A DNA stretch of 64,000 nucleotides from Balanoglossus misakiensis. Taxonomy: Eukaryota; Animalia; Hemichordata. The notes beneath the pieces are model-generated. The model was not told where the DNA came from. It searched no databases and was given only the letters and a program-made list of their open reading frames with translations. The stretch is from contig CM082578.2 of NCBI GenBank assembly GCA_040954595.2, forward strand, positions 14,802,998-14,866,997, read 5' to 3'. Below, in pieces: positions 50,201 to 64,000 of the stretch. How positions within the stretch are numbered: position 1 is the first letter of the stretch; every line of letters begins with the position of its first letter. The position numbers and the translations under genes are program-made.

Positions 50201-53200
50201 GGGTAACATTAATCTTAAATACCAAGTGTCGGCAGACGTTTGAATGTAAATGCACAGACGCAATATGTCTGTCTCAGTGGCAATGAAAATAAAGCCATGA
50301 TCAATGCATCATTCACGAATCACAATCAACATTATTGTCTAACACAGGCTTATTTTAATTGCATATAAATGCTTATATGGCATTGGCAAATATGAAGACC
50401 TATCATTAACCTGAAGCTGACTCTGTGAAAGGTTTTTTCGAACCATTACCATAGCAACTGGGCAATCAGATTCCCATGACAGAAGTTCTCAAGGTCTTTG
50501 TATTCAAAACAACAGATACAATGTGTATCAAAGCAGACGGCATACAAAAGTGCAATACACAGTGCATCTCACAGTGAGACACTATGCAAACAGCTAGCAT
50601 TTGACAGTCATCACTTATGATTACAATAATTATACAAGAGTTAGTCTTCAATTAACATGAATCAGTACAAGATATAATGTTATGCAAGGGGTGTCTCTGT
50701 AAAGATATAATTATGAATCTTGCTGACATGACATTACCATTAGGAACACATCAAAGGGGCTTGGAATATGTATTTGGTTTATACATTAATGTGAAAGGAC
50801 TGAGAAGGCTTGGTACATGTACATGCTAAAAAGAGGTTTCCAGTTTTTTATATGGTTTGCTTAAGAAAGGTATTACAAGAACATGACCTGAAAACATAAT
50901 TGACAGTGCCGTTCTAATCTGTTTGAGGAGTATTCTTAATTCGGTCAATGTATGAACAAATCACAGACCGAAGTCATGTGTACTTCAGTTGACTGATGTT
51001 ACAGTTACTACCGATTCCAGATATCTGACCTGAGGAAAGTGTAATTTATTAAGTGTGAGTTCATCCTCTTCCTGATGTTAATTTCCTTGTCAGTATCAAC
51101 TTACCACGTCGGCAAGTGGAAAGACACATTGTGCCCATGAATCCAACACTGACGCTTTCAAGAGATGTGATTTCTTCATCTCTGTAAGCCACCAGGGATA
51201 GTTCAAACTGATCTAATTTATTTCAACAACCAAAGTGAACATGAAGCAGGTGATCTTCAAATCTCAGATGAATACATTTTTCTTCAATTAGATGTTGAGA
51301 GAGAGAGAACATATCATCATGGCTTCGTAGGAAGGACAAAACTTGGGTACATTAATTGATACAATGGATAAAATGTCTATAACCCGATTGGTCATATCAT
51401 TAATCAGAGCAGCTTTCTAGTATTGCAGCGATGACCCGCTGAAAACTTCATCCATGAAATTCCTGAGACCCTGAAAATGTGTGGAAGTCTTTAAAGGTAT
51501 TAGTAATCCAGCATATCTCTCTTTACAATTTTGTGGTTGTACATATTAACTTGAAGGTCAGAAATGACAAGGTCAGATTGAATCACAGTAGGTAAGATGT
51601 AAATGCCATACCACTGCATCTTATTTTATGAGTTCAGCTGACAAGGTGATCCTCAAAGCCAATGTTTTGTGTAATAGCCAGTTATAAATCAAGAAATTAT
51701 GTCCACACATCTTTACTTAGCAATTGGAATATTTATGTATGTCCATCAGTTTGGAAGCAATACAGACCCAGATTTTTAAGCAGATGGGTTTAACTCTGAG
51801 AGAAACTTTCCAGCAGATGGATTAAATCATAGTGTCGATGAATAAATGAAGGCTTCACTTATTAGTTTCATGACATATACATACATGTACGTTCATCTAC
51901 TTGGGCTTAGGGTTCTTAAAATAATATGCACAAAATTACCATTACATAAAAGCCCTAACTGGTGGTACCCATTTTGTCATTTTTCTTGGAAAGATTAATA
52001 ATGTTTACAACCAGCAATGTGGCAGCTGAAAAATACATTTGAGTATTTGATTAATCATTGAAGGCATAAGCAGAAAATAATATTCCCTAAATCTGTACAG
52101 AACGACACATGCAGACAGTATGTCTGTGTTCAAATCATTGTTTACAGGAAATGAGACACTAGGATATGCATGCTATATTCCTGCAATGACCAATTCACTT
52201 CAGAATGTCTTGCTGGCGGTATTACACAGACTTCAAGGTTGTCGCTAAGGTCGCAAAGGGTCATAAAGATCTCGGGAAGTATCTAGAGAGATGCCTAGCT
52301 GTACACATGTAGCATTTTGATTGCCTGTTGCTTGCCTTGGGAAACAGGGCTTGAAGTAAATCAATTATATCTACATATAAAATGACTATGAATGCATGAT
52401 CATGACCTTCTTTTACCCTGATAAGCATAAATTATTCAACAGCTAGTCTGCACCCAGGAGATTACAGAAAGCACTACTGATTTTCACTATAACTCAACTC
52501 GACTCGTCAGTTGACAGATTGCATCGTTAGTATACAGATTTTATGAACCATATATGCCACCACGTTCTACTTAATATTTAAATGCATTAATATCAAAAAT
52601 GAACGTATTTAAAATATATATGGATAGTTGACATTTGAATGGCGATCGGCTATATACGTGCATGACTTGTAGTCTGCACACTTGATTACATGTCCATGTT
52701 TCTAATGGAAATTACTCAGTGTGGTCAAATATCTCATTAAGCAAATGCCTTTTAATGCAGAAGTTAATTTAACCTATGTGTTTGATTATGCCAGTTCAGT
52801 ACAACAGTGATCAATTTACATGAGGTTATGTTAACAAACACTGACTGTGCTGGACTACACTAAAATGAAGGCCAGCTTCTGTATGGAAATAAGTGACGGA
52901 TAATGCATCTCTGAGTCAAACTAGAATTAGGTGAAGATCACTTATTTCTTCACTTCACCATAGCTGTCTGTATATGGATGCACAGCTAGCCAAAAGTAAT
53001 GCAGGTGCAATGGACAGACAAAACTTGTTCTCATCCCATCATGCATCACTTGTGTGCAAATAACACAGTCTCTTTCAGGACTGTGGAGTCAAACTCAAAT
53101 TGTAAGTCATGCCACAATCCATTATTTCATGACTCTCCATCATATAGACTGATTCTCCTCTGCATTTAGTTGTGGGAAGATCTATACCATCGAGTGTCAA

Positions 53201-56200
53201 TGACCCTTAGAACAGTCATCAATATACTGGCGTAATGTGCAGTTTCAGACTAGAATCAACCAGGCTTGAGCTTTTTTCATCAAAGACGTCTGAGAAAAAT
53301 CATCCATTTAACAAATGTTAAGAGCCAGCAGCATTTTTTCCCATATCAATTACAATGTGTGAATTCATAGAAATGTGTGTGTAAATATACGTGAGTGTAT
53401 TGTACAAAGATCTTGGTGACACGGTGGAACAGTCACATTACATTGGGGCTTAGAAACTGATAGAGCTGTTGCCACGGAAACAAGTCTTGATTTCGAGTGG
53501 GTGGAATAATAAGAGTTTTAAGACCATCATAGACAGGGGTCTGGGTTTTGAGAATATGAAACTTGATCACAGTTTTAAACACACATTATTAAATAATTTG
53601 TTTTGGAACCCATTTCCAACATAAAGTACGCTGCATGCAAATTATTTAGATGTGGGTTTAAAATAATAATGTCAGAACAGACATACTGACTTTCCCATAT
53701 GTATATATTGTTGCTGTGTCTGTATAACTGATTGGCGAAGCGACAGCATTAATTATTAAAGTCAATGCAATACCGGTACTTTCCATTAAAAAAGACGTTT
53801 CTGTGAAGTCGCCATTTCTGTTGACTTTAACCGTTTGACCCCAGCTCAGAAGAAAACTTCCCAGATGTCACCAATATATACTACAACCACCAATGTTATT
53901 GTTGACCACTGAATTTTAGTCCAGACTAAACAATATCGTCAACAATAACAATGCTCTTGCAAGTTGTGGCTGTTTGTTGAACAAGAAGTCCATCCTTTGA
54001 GATCAAAATGCAAAACTGTTACAAAATGTACCTGGACAATTTCAATGGGCATTCTCAGGCTGAATATGTGTGAACTATTGGTAAAATTTACAATGCATAT
54101 ATCTGGGCAACAATCACAATTTTTCTTAAGCTTACTTGCCATTTGTAAGCTTGAAATAGTTGGCAAAGAAATATGCTTGGCTACATTCTCCATTATTTTT
54201 TATATTCATGTCAAGTAATTTATCTGCTGGTGTGTATTTCTTAGGGGAGTATTTCTTCAGCATAAATACAAGAACAACCACAACACCTCATAAAGGATAA
54301 AAAACCAATCCCAGCAGCTATCAAACAGTGGCCTTAGAGTAAATTACTGCACTGGTGAAATACATCAGACCCTAGTAGCACTACTTCCATTATTAAAAAC
54401 AAAGGTGTGAGCAGAATACAACCTAGAATCTGCTGCATCAGAAGGAGAGAGGTTGCCATGATTGGAACACAACTCATGAAGATACAGAGGCTCATCATAT
54501 CCCTTCAGGGAATAAAAATGGCACTTAAACCAAAAGGGTTATTCATAACACACCTACGGATCATTATATCTACCTGCTGATAAATCAAAAACAATTTCAC
54601 AGAAGGTCTATGCTCTTGTCTATAAATGTGATGCATTGCACGTTTGTTCTCAAACATGTATTCACTCTTTGTGCCGAGTTATTATCAACACAAAGAACTG
54701 CATACATGATTTCAAAAGGGATATGACAACCTGAGACAAATACAGACCAACAGTTTATCATCATTCTGCCAAACAATCTGCACATCAATGCTTACTGCAT
54801 ACAAATCAATGAAGTTTTTACGGTGGCTCTGGATGGGTGGCAACTTTCTCAACTTTGAAAGATTCTTATACATACAGATGAAAGGGTTAACATCATTATG
54901 CAAATCAATAGGATATATTACTAGTTATTGTTATTCTTTCTCAAATACATCCTATATCATTATGCAAATTAACAGACAATATCATCTATATGTCATCTCT
55001 ATGCAATTATAAGTTGTACGTGCAATCTTGTGCACAAGTACAGGCCGTGGGTATATGACAAACAAAGTGTGATGAAATATTAAAACTCTTACTAAGATAC
55101 GAACACAAGGGGAACACTAGGGGAAGCCATGATGCAGTGGTGTGCTCACAGCCAGTAACCAGCCAGATGGAGCTGCATGTCACAATCACATCACAGGTCT
55201 ACAAAAGTGTGATAAAAACCCAACGACAATGCCACGGTATACGTTGTCATAGTTACAGTTTGCAGCGCATGAATTGCTGTTCTTGAACACTGTGGATGAG
55301 ATGAGATGTTTATATTAAGCAGGAAAGCTGCACATTGGCGGTTCCAAAGATGACCTCCCATTGAACGCTACTGATCATGTTATTGATGGCATTGACTATG
55401 AAGACACTATTAGAGTGATATCTGTATTGTTGTCCTTCAAATCTATTCAGGTCAGAATCTGAAAAACATATATAACATATATTAAAGAAGACCTTGAAAT
55501 TGATGAAGGAGACCTTTGTACGATTTATTTTCAAAAACATTTGAAGGTACAAATATTTCTAAATTCCCATTCCAGCGTAACCACTTAATACATATTCCAT
55601 ATGACCTACTTAAACAAAAAAATCAATATGCATCACAGTAGCATTTTAAAATAATCTTCCTTATTTTATTTAGCTCAAATATCCACAATAATCCAGTGTT
55701 CTAGACACCATATTTAAAAAATAATGACAGCATAAACAGATATGGCTACCTCAAAGTCAATCCAATACTCTAAAGAACCAAATTCAGTCACTGAAGAAGT
55801 ATTTTACAGGAGATGTCCTTAATACAAGAACACAGATTAATATTTGATGCCATCTAGTCAAGGCGAATGATTTCTCGTCAGTCAGTTAAATTAATCAGCA
55901 TAATATTATTATAAATATCCTCGTATTATATACAGCAAGCTAATCATTTAGTAACGTAACTTTGAAGTATTTACTGGGAATGAACACTCAAGGCAAATTA
56001 GCTGTTTCAATGACCCCTACATGACCCTGTATCGTGAAATTTCCCATGATTCAGTCTGACTGGTGAACACAAAGATCAAGCCTTGAAGTACACAAAATAC
56101 CATGGTGATAGTTCTAGAAACTGGCCATCATATTGTTTTCAAAAAAACCATGTCTACTCAAAGGAGATAATTTTGTGAAATTTTGAATAACTTGTGAAAG

Positions 56201-59200
56201 TCATCTATGGGATATTTGAAGTCAAATAGGCAAGCCAGATGCACCTGTGTTGACCAAGAAAAAGATATTGATTTTTATGATTTATTCGGAGAAAGAGAAA
56301 TCTTCATGTTAAGCAGATGATATTTTGTGACCACTTCAGATGCAGATAACTTTATATAAAAAGCACACAATGAGCAATATGTACAAACATAACTTTTCAT
56401 GTAATGTACAGTCAGCGTGTCACTTGCATGAGGAATTTTCAACATTATTATCTTGAGATATGAAGACATGTGTAGAACAAATTGAGATGCATAAAGATAT
56501 GTTTGCAACATACAAAAACATACACGTACAACACAATGAACAGTTTCCCAAGCTGAAAAAATAAAGATTATTAATCACAGAACTGAATTAATTTCTATTT
56601 TTAAAGACCTTTGTCATCCTGCAAATTAGTGGCTGCATAGTTCTATTTTAATATGACAGATATATTATGCAATGTGGCAACATGTCATGGTACGTAAATG
56701 CAGTTGTTGATTATTCTTTTTAACACAATACTGTGACGAGACAACAAGAAGACCAAAACAACCCTTTAATACCACCTGATGCATTATTTATAGTTTTGCA
56801 GAAATCAAATTTTACTTTCATATCAATTAGAAATAATTAAATAAACAAATATTTAATGAAAACAGAAAAGTGGCTAATGAAGAAAGATTAATTACAACTG
56901 TAGTCGTCTCTGAGGGAGATGAACATGTTGCATAATATGATTATTTAATAGAAATTGAAAGTCTACTTTTCCAGTTTTTCACCACTGCATGAACTTTAAT
57001 ATGTTATAACCTTGGGCATACGAGTTGGATCTAGTCCACCGATGTTACCAGTGTATGTTCTAAACCAACACCCTTCATAGGTTTAATCGTACACCATATT
57101 TTTGTAAGAAACATTTGTGGAGCAACAAGCAAAGGTCCTCACATCCCATCCTGTCTAGGTCCCATTTTGGCCATTGTTTTGCATACTATATACAACTACA
57201 TGTACATGTGTACATGTATGTGAATTAAGTTGTTTCCATGTGGCTGACACTAGCACCTTCGTGCTGGATGTCACACCTTTGGTATTCTGCTAAATGAAAA
57301 CAACTTCACTGAATTCACACAGAAGTCACACATGATAGTGCCTGTGCATGGCTTATTTATAGACAAAGAAGGCATGAGTGACTGCTGACAGTCTACCTAT
57401 AAGAATAAACCCATGGTATCGGTAATATATCCCTCTATACAGCAAGCAAAAGTCTTCACGTCCCACCCTGTCTATAGACCTTTTCAAACAAGGCGAACCC
57501 ACGAACAGTAATATATTCCTTTCAACTGGCCAGATGGGATTCTGATACTGTTCAGGCAATTTAGATCAAATGTAAGGATCTTGTCACAGATGAAAATACA
57601 AACATGACAGGTTAATTTACTTTGGGGCCAGGGGAGGTACAAAGGTTCTCTGTACTTGTACTGTTGCGGGAGCGATAGACAGAACAAGAAAGATGCCGAC
57701 AATGATTGTAAGTTGCAATCAACTGTGACGGAAAATGAAGTGAAGGCAATCCAAAGGCAACAATGTGGGCAGATCCCATTTGCTCCCCGTGGAATATCAT
57801 ACTACATTTTACATACACATCAAACAGGAACTACATGTAAAACACAGGGGTCATCTTCAAGAGATGCACATTACCAGGTGGCAAGGACAGGTATGCAAAT
57901 CAAACTCTGCCAGTATGTTACAATTGTAAAACTTGCCCCAAATGACAAAAGCATGTAGACCATGCTCATAAGAGGCATCAGAAATGGTACCTCTTTATAT
58001 ACATGTACCGCTTTGTGAATAAGAAAACATGCCTAATTATTTGTAGAAAATGAAATTACTAAATGCTCATTTGTCCTCTGCTCCTATCACAAAGGACTTT
58101 TATTCTTGTGCCAGCAACCTTTGTTATACACACAGTTGCTGTTTGGAAGATGTCAGGTGGTGGGTCCTCTGTTGCCATGGCAATTCATTTGCAAGCTTCA
58201 CGTTCATACGGTTCGAGTTCAATTCATCTATATGTCAAGACATCCAGTGGTAACATGTCATGTTCTATACTCAATTCATCCTGTCATTTTAAAAATATTT
58301 TCTACAACAAAATTATGGTATTACCAGACACAGGTATCTCCACTGAGGAATTCCATTTAGTTAATATGACAAAAGTAGTTAACATTCTGGACATAAATTT
58401 CATTATATGAATACATACCGGTATATGAAAGATGTCATTCATCTAATAATGACAATTATTGAATTTTTGTTTTTCTCCAGGTCTTTCATCTGCACATGCA
58501 AATTCAGACAGACTGAAGGACAATTATATCATGTTTTATTGTTAATCAAGGACGTTTATTTTTCACTTAATTTTCGCAGCATGGTTTATGAGATTTTAAG
58601 ATGAGTAGAGCTGTATACCTGTGGCAGCTACACATACTAGTTCATTGTGTTGAATAAGTAGTGTTTTTAGCAAGTATTGGAGATGGCTGTCATCCAGTGG
58701 TAATGGAAAGAATTCCAGCCATCCCAATCTAGTCTGTCATCATATTCCTCATCACCCAACACAAGCAGCAGACCACAACCAGGAAGGACGACAGCTTTCT
58801 AGAAACATGTCAAGCCATCAACGACAGCCATGATTGACGAGATAAAACACAAGCTACTGTTTTCTTTCTGCCTGTCTGAGCACCTACGTAGACAATCCTC
58901 CTTGTCAAAACATCAGTTGCTGGTGATAATGATAAAAAGTCAACGTTTTGTACATGTCTGCACAAAATATGTACAGCTGAATTGGCAGACAAGCTACAAT
59001 TGACAGAGATATGGAGATAGACAAAATAATTGTGAGTTCTGTATGCACATGACATAGGGGATGATAATTTCTGATGTGAGATGGTATCATCTTCACACTG
59101 CTCTACATACTGGCTAGCAACGACCAATCAGAAATACCGATCCTCATTACCTCTAAAATCTCATAGTCTACTAAGTCTGATTGGGTGTCATGAACCAAGT

Positions 59201-62200
59201 CATCAGACATAGGTCAAATTGTGTGAACAGAGTCAGCCATTAAAAATAAAACCCCTAAGGATCATAATGTAACCTTACTACATGTATGTGTTAAAACTAT
59301 GCATACTAGATCTCATTAATATCAACTTCCCGGCTAATGCAGTTCACTTTTCAGAGAGACTTGCTCTCACTTGACATGGATGATATGACTTTTACGATCA
59401 AAAATACAAGAGTAATATGTTATCTCCCTCCTATGTGAATTGACTACAAGCATGAGATGAGATGACTATTAAATGCACTGCCCTGCTGTGTCATTCATAC
59501 AGCCTTCAGAATTTAGTAAAGAAACACACACAAATCACAGATCATGTTTTTCTATAAAACGAGAAATGTGATATCACTCATTCATTGATTTCCATGAAGC
59601 AGTTTGAAACAGCTACATTCATCTTGTCCTCACAGCCTTTGTAAGTGAAGCCCAAACGCTACCGTTGAAAGCTAAATTTTTAAAAAATTCCAAAAAACTA
59701 ACAGCTGCCGTTCCTGAAAAATACTGTCACTGACACATTGATAATTGTACACATAACTGCAATGATTTATGTGTCATTAAGGCTTCAGTAACTAATACAT
59801 TTCTATCAACAAACGGGTTTTTCTCAAATTCTCAGCTGACATTGTCTGTGTGTCTGCTAACCTGTTTTTCTTTCAATGAAATTTACATGCATGTAGGTAA
59901 TATGTATTTTTGTGGTGTTTTTGAGAGACATTCTGTTTATTTCTATCAAAATACAAGTGTGGGCTGCAGCAACAATCCTGTGCATATTCAGCAAATTTAT
60001 TACAGACTTGGTTGGCTTGTACCTGGGAAAAATCATTCTGATATAGAAATTAACATGTACACTTCAAGTTCAACAGCATGCATGTCACAATTACACAATC
60101 GCAAGTAATTCACTGACCATGGTGCGAATGTAGGATAAATGTACCTCTACATCACCATTCAGATTAATTTATAAAATGGATATTTTGTATGTTGCCTGTG
60201 CATTATATGGCTGATCTTTCCTTCAGAACGGTTTCCCTAGGAGGTACCTCATAAATTGATCCCTCAGACAACACATGCTCCATGCAATAACATTATCAGA
60301 AGGGCATCCTGCCATTAGTCAGCCGGCTGAATGCCAGCCCTGTGCTGTTTTATGACATATGATAACAAAATGAAATATCCATCAATCAGGTAATAGTACT
60401 AATACCCCCAGATGTCCCCAGTGACACCAACTCAGCTGTGAAATTCAGGTCAGGTTCACGTTACCCGGTTCAATCACGCAGAAACGAAACAGATCGAAAA
60501 TCCATGTTACTGTGTCACTTGAACGCACAGCAATTGCTCAATGAGTGACACTGAATTCCACTCCTGATAATTTGTCTGTCACGGGAGAGTGTCCTTCGAC
60601 AGCACTATACATTCCATGCCCCCTTCAGGATTCTGCTTATCTGTCCTGATAAAACGTGCAAAGCAACATCTTCAAGTGTAACTCTAAGGACACTGTGATA
60701 ATTCATTAGGATGAAATTTTCTATCAATTTTCCTCACTCAAGTTCTTCTAAATTCAATACACAAGTGTAAGAGCTTGAATGCATGGCGTCAAAAATGAAC
60801 CCTTAGACACGGCTGCCATCTTGAATTTTTTACAGTCCTATCATACTCAGTTGTCATCGGAAATTTTTCAGCAGGACTGAAGGGCCATTAAATCTTAACG
60901 CAAGGCAGCAAGAGTCAATGGCTTTTTTAGAAAGAGTCTTCTCCTTTTCAGAAATATCTGTACTTTTTTCGCACTTCAAATCACTAGACCTTGATGACTC
61001 GGCAGAAATGAAACTGGCCATATTTGCTACTTTCTTTTCCAACCCCACACTGCAAACACAATATCTGCCAGATGCCAATTCATACTGACTTCATCAGACC
61101 AGAGTTTAACCGCCAGACCAGCATAATTCATTGCACAATGTTAGATTTTTATGTGGTGATTTTAATTCACGAATGAAGGATCATTAATAACGGCTTAATG
61201 TATGCTAAGGTCAGCCTGAAAAATCTGCAGGCACTGAATGTACAGCGCAATTTCAATCAATAAAAATTTATAATGAAAATATCAGGTCATTATGTGGCAG
61301 TGGTAGAAATGAATGGTGACTGTTTAAATTGTAATTTCAGAGTGGATGCAGTAAAGAATAGATGTAGACACAATTAATTGGCAGTAACAATGGAGAATGC
61401 AGTGCTCAGTGCAATGAATCCTATACTATGTATAACCTTGCATGACATCAGTTTGCCAGCCATAACAGTAGCAATAAGCCTGCATACAGACAGAGCAAAT
61501 TTAGACTGTAGAGCTCATCAAGGCATGCTATTCAGAAATAATATAGCGTCAGTGGAGAATTTGAGATGGTGCATGATTCAGTTTTTGTTTGTGCATTGCT
61601 TGTGTGTGCGTCATACCATGAAATTAGGACTGAACTTGTGTAACTAGGGGTTGTAGGCTATGAATATTATAATCAAGTCCCCTGAGCTAGGTATATGAAA
61701 CAGAACCTGGAGTAAAAAATATATATGCTTGTCTGTGCCACTTGATGTAATAAATGCAAATTTCACAATTACTTTGAACTCTGCTGCCAGGAATTTTATG
61801 TGTATCGATGAACAAAGTGAATGGAATTTTTTTAATGGTCAATCAACTCTAAGTCTAAGAGAGAAGAAATGTACATCCTGAACAGCCCACCCAAAAATGC
61901 TTCCTTTAGACGCTGGCGAACCCATTCAGCCACTTAGGATGCATATTTAGCCTAGAGATTGTGAGAGGAAAAAGGCTATACAACACAGCCAGTATTTGCC
62001 AACACCTGCACCAGGTTCATTCACTAGCTAAGGCCTACTTGAATCAATTTCATAACACCAATGCAGCCAGACCACTCGTTGCTAAGTAACGCCATACTAT
62101 ATTTACACAGTGTTTATATCATATTGCAGTGCATCTTTCCATTACAAATGAAATTAATTCAACCAAAAGCTCCGGTGGAATTATGAGTGCAGTTTGGAGA

Positions 62201-64000
62201 TAGTGAGGAGTCAGTATTATAGGGATATGAATTATTAATATTAAAGCCTAAAGCCAAGCCAAATTCTATTGATATGGCATTGTCAAAGACTTGCACACCT
62301 GAAAGAACGCTGTTCTACAATGATCTCCCGAATGGCTTTCACTAGAGAAAAAAAATTGTATATTTTGTAGTAATTGCCATGAATAAAAGCTGCACGGTGC
62401 TCAGAATAATTATCATCATACATTCACGGTTGTAAATTTTAAAAATATGAGGGTACCATTAAATACTGAAAAAATTGTATTGTACATGTTAAAAACCTTT
62501 GAAATTCACATCAAACAAAACAACAGCAGTGCAGCCGTGCTGATCTTTGATACAATTTGAACTAGGGTTTGACAGCACTTGAAGATCAACTAACTGGTGC
62601 TGAAGCATGAGCTTTCAAAGACATGTAGTCTCCTGTGGAATGCTAGCAGGACTACTCTGTCAAAGGCAAACAACAAAAACAACCATGAACATGTTATAGA
62701 TGAACCAAATTTAATCAAACAGTTCGATTTGTGATCATTGGACTTAACCAGGACTGCCTTTTTGTCACACTACAAATAATTATCAGTCTTCTGTATACTG
62801 CAGCCTTCCATTTACATATTCGCATATTCATTGACAGTCCATTGTTCTCTAACTACACACACCCCCTCCTATTGTTTTCTGACACATCTGCTGCAGGACA
62901 CATATTTTCACGCTGAATAAATAGTACCCATGATTCTCTGCCGTGTTGTTCATTTCATTTTTGCTGCAGATGAAAGCTTAGACTACATGTTTTCTATGGA
63001 GTACCTCCATGATCTCTTCCAAACCTCATGCAGCCTTAATTTTGGTCCAAATACCTGATCTTAGAGAGCTGTCAAACCTTAGTTTATGCAACAAAATAAG
63101 ATCATTTCTGGTTAAAGCTCAGTCTGATGGAGGAAAAGCAATCAAAAGTTGTCTTTTTTTTGTTTCAGATCTCTGCAATGACCTGGTGCCCTGCTTATGC
63201 ATGTGGACGGGAACATTTCACGACAAAGAGAGAGCAACAATAAGCTTGCATGGGGAAGAATATAAATGATTTGTCAGCTGGATGTCGATCTGCTAATTTC
63301 GTGTTAATGTGAGTGTTCACTCTTCCTTAGAATCCAGCACCGCACTGACACTTTTGGTCACTAACCACTAATTGTATGGAAATCAAGCAAAGAATTAGAA
63401 TTTGAATGACATTCTGTCTGATAGTAACAACATGACAACTGACTAGATCTTGTGGAATTTCATCACAGAATGCATGGTAAGAAGATGACACAATGCAGAA
63501 TTTATTTTCACAATTACCTTTCTTGCACTGATGCACACCAAGCGAGTAATGCTGAAAACATGTTTTTATCTCTGCAGTTATTTCGGGTGTTTCTGTCAAG
63601 TCACCGTGACACAAATACTTAAGTTATGCAGACCACTCTGTTGGACTACATGTTAAATTGATGCCATATGACAACGCCTCATGGTCTAGCTATACTCTTG
63701 CTAAACACATCACAGACAAATAAGAGCTGCCTCTACATCTGATTAGAATCTCTCCCACAACTCGTACCCTACACCAATTCTTGAAGAAGAATGAGTTTTT
63801 AAATATAATGAGATGATTATTAGCCATCACTATTCACTCCCTGCTAAACAGAAAACTGTATCTGTACGCCTGAAATAAGCCATGCAGCGCAATGACCTTT
63901 AGTCTTCAATCAGACATAAAACCATACATTTTCTTAGTCTAGGTCTCTTCTAAAACATACCCAAAATGAAAGTGTACAAACTGTGAGTTTCTTGGAGCAT
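44292..64000 (-). other. Large Cav1 intron (>19.7 kb) upstream of the IS2 exon
   Basis: No IS1-like exon or other credible coding sequence was found. The Cav1 frame begins at a splice acceptor at 44292-44293, so earlier exons must lie further upstream. Confidence 0.75.

Noticed and set aside
54130-54180. FFANY-like peptide resembling the missing IS1 exon
   Set aside because: A stop follows quickly, there is no CxALA motif, and there are no suitable splice sites.
44613-63614. Many 60-115 aa ORFs in the large intron
   Set aside because: Composition looks random, with no recognisable domains or transposase/RT motifs; such ORFs are expected by chance.

Overview
AT-rich, intron-rich animal genomic DNA, most likely an invertebrate bilaterian; the species cannot be determined from this window. 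Two loci converge tail-to-tail. (1) On the + strand, 1-3.9 kb, lie two tandem phosphotriesterase-related protein (PTER-like amidohydrolase) genes: the last two exons of one copy and a complete 7-exon, 364-aa second copy whose upstream region carries several AGGTCA nuclear-receptor half-sites, including a perfect DR5. (2) On the - strand, 44291 down to 8447, lies an L-type voltage-gated calcium channel alpha-1 gene (Cav1). I spliced 41 exons by hand into one open frame of 6270 nt (2089 aa plus stop), running from IS2 to a C-terminal PDZ ligand (VTTL). It has an EEEE selectivity filter and AID, IQ, PCRD and DCRD motifs. The N-terminal exons lie beyond a >19.7 kb intron that fills the rest of the window. 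The most interesting signal is the Cav1 splicing architecture, inferred from sequence only. There are two intact duplicated, apparently mutually exclusive exon pairs, at IS3b-S4 and at the domain IV turret/pore helix, which are not the vertebrate Cav1.2 positions 8/8a, 21/22 and 31/32. There are candidate frame-preserving microexons in the S3-S4 linkers of domains III (6 nt) and IV (27 nt), in the I-II loop and in the C-terminus, a candidate C-terminal truncation switch, and a U12-type intron. A small TTAA-flanked MITE family and a few microsatellites are also present.
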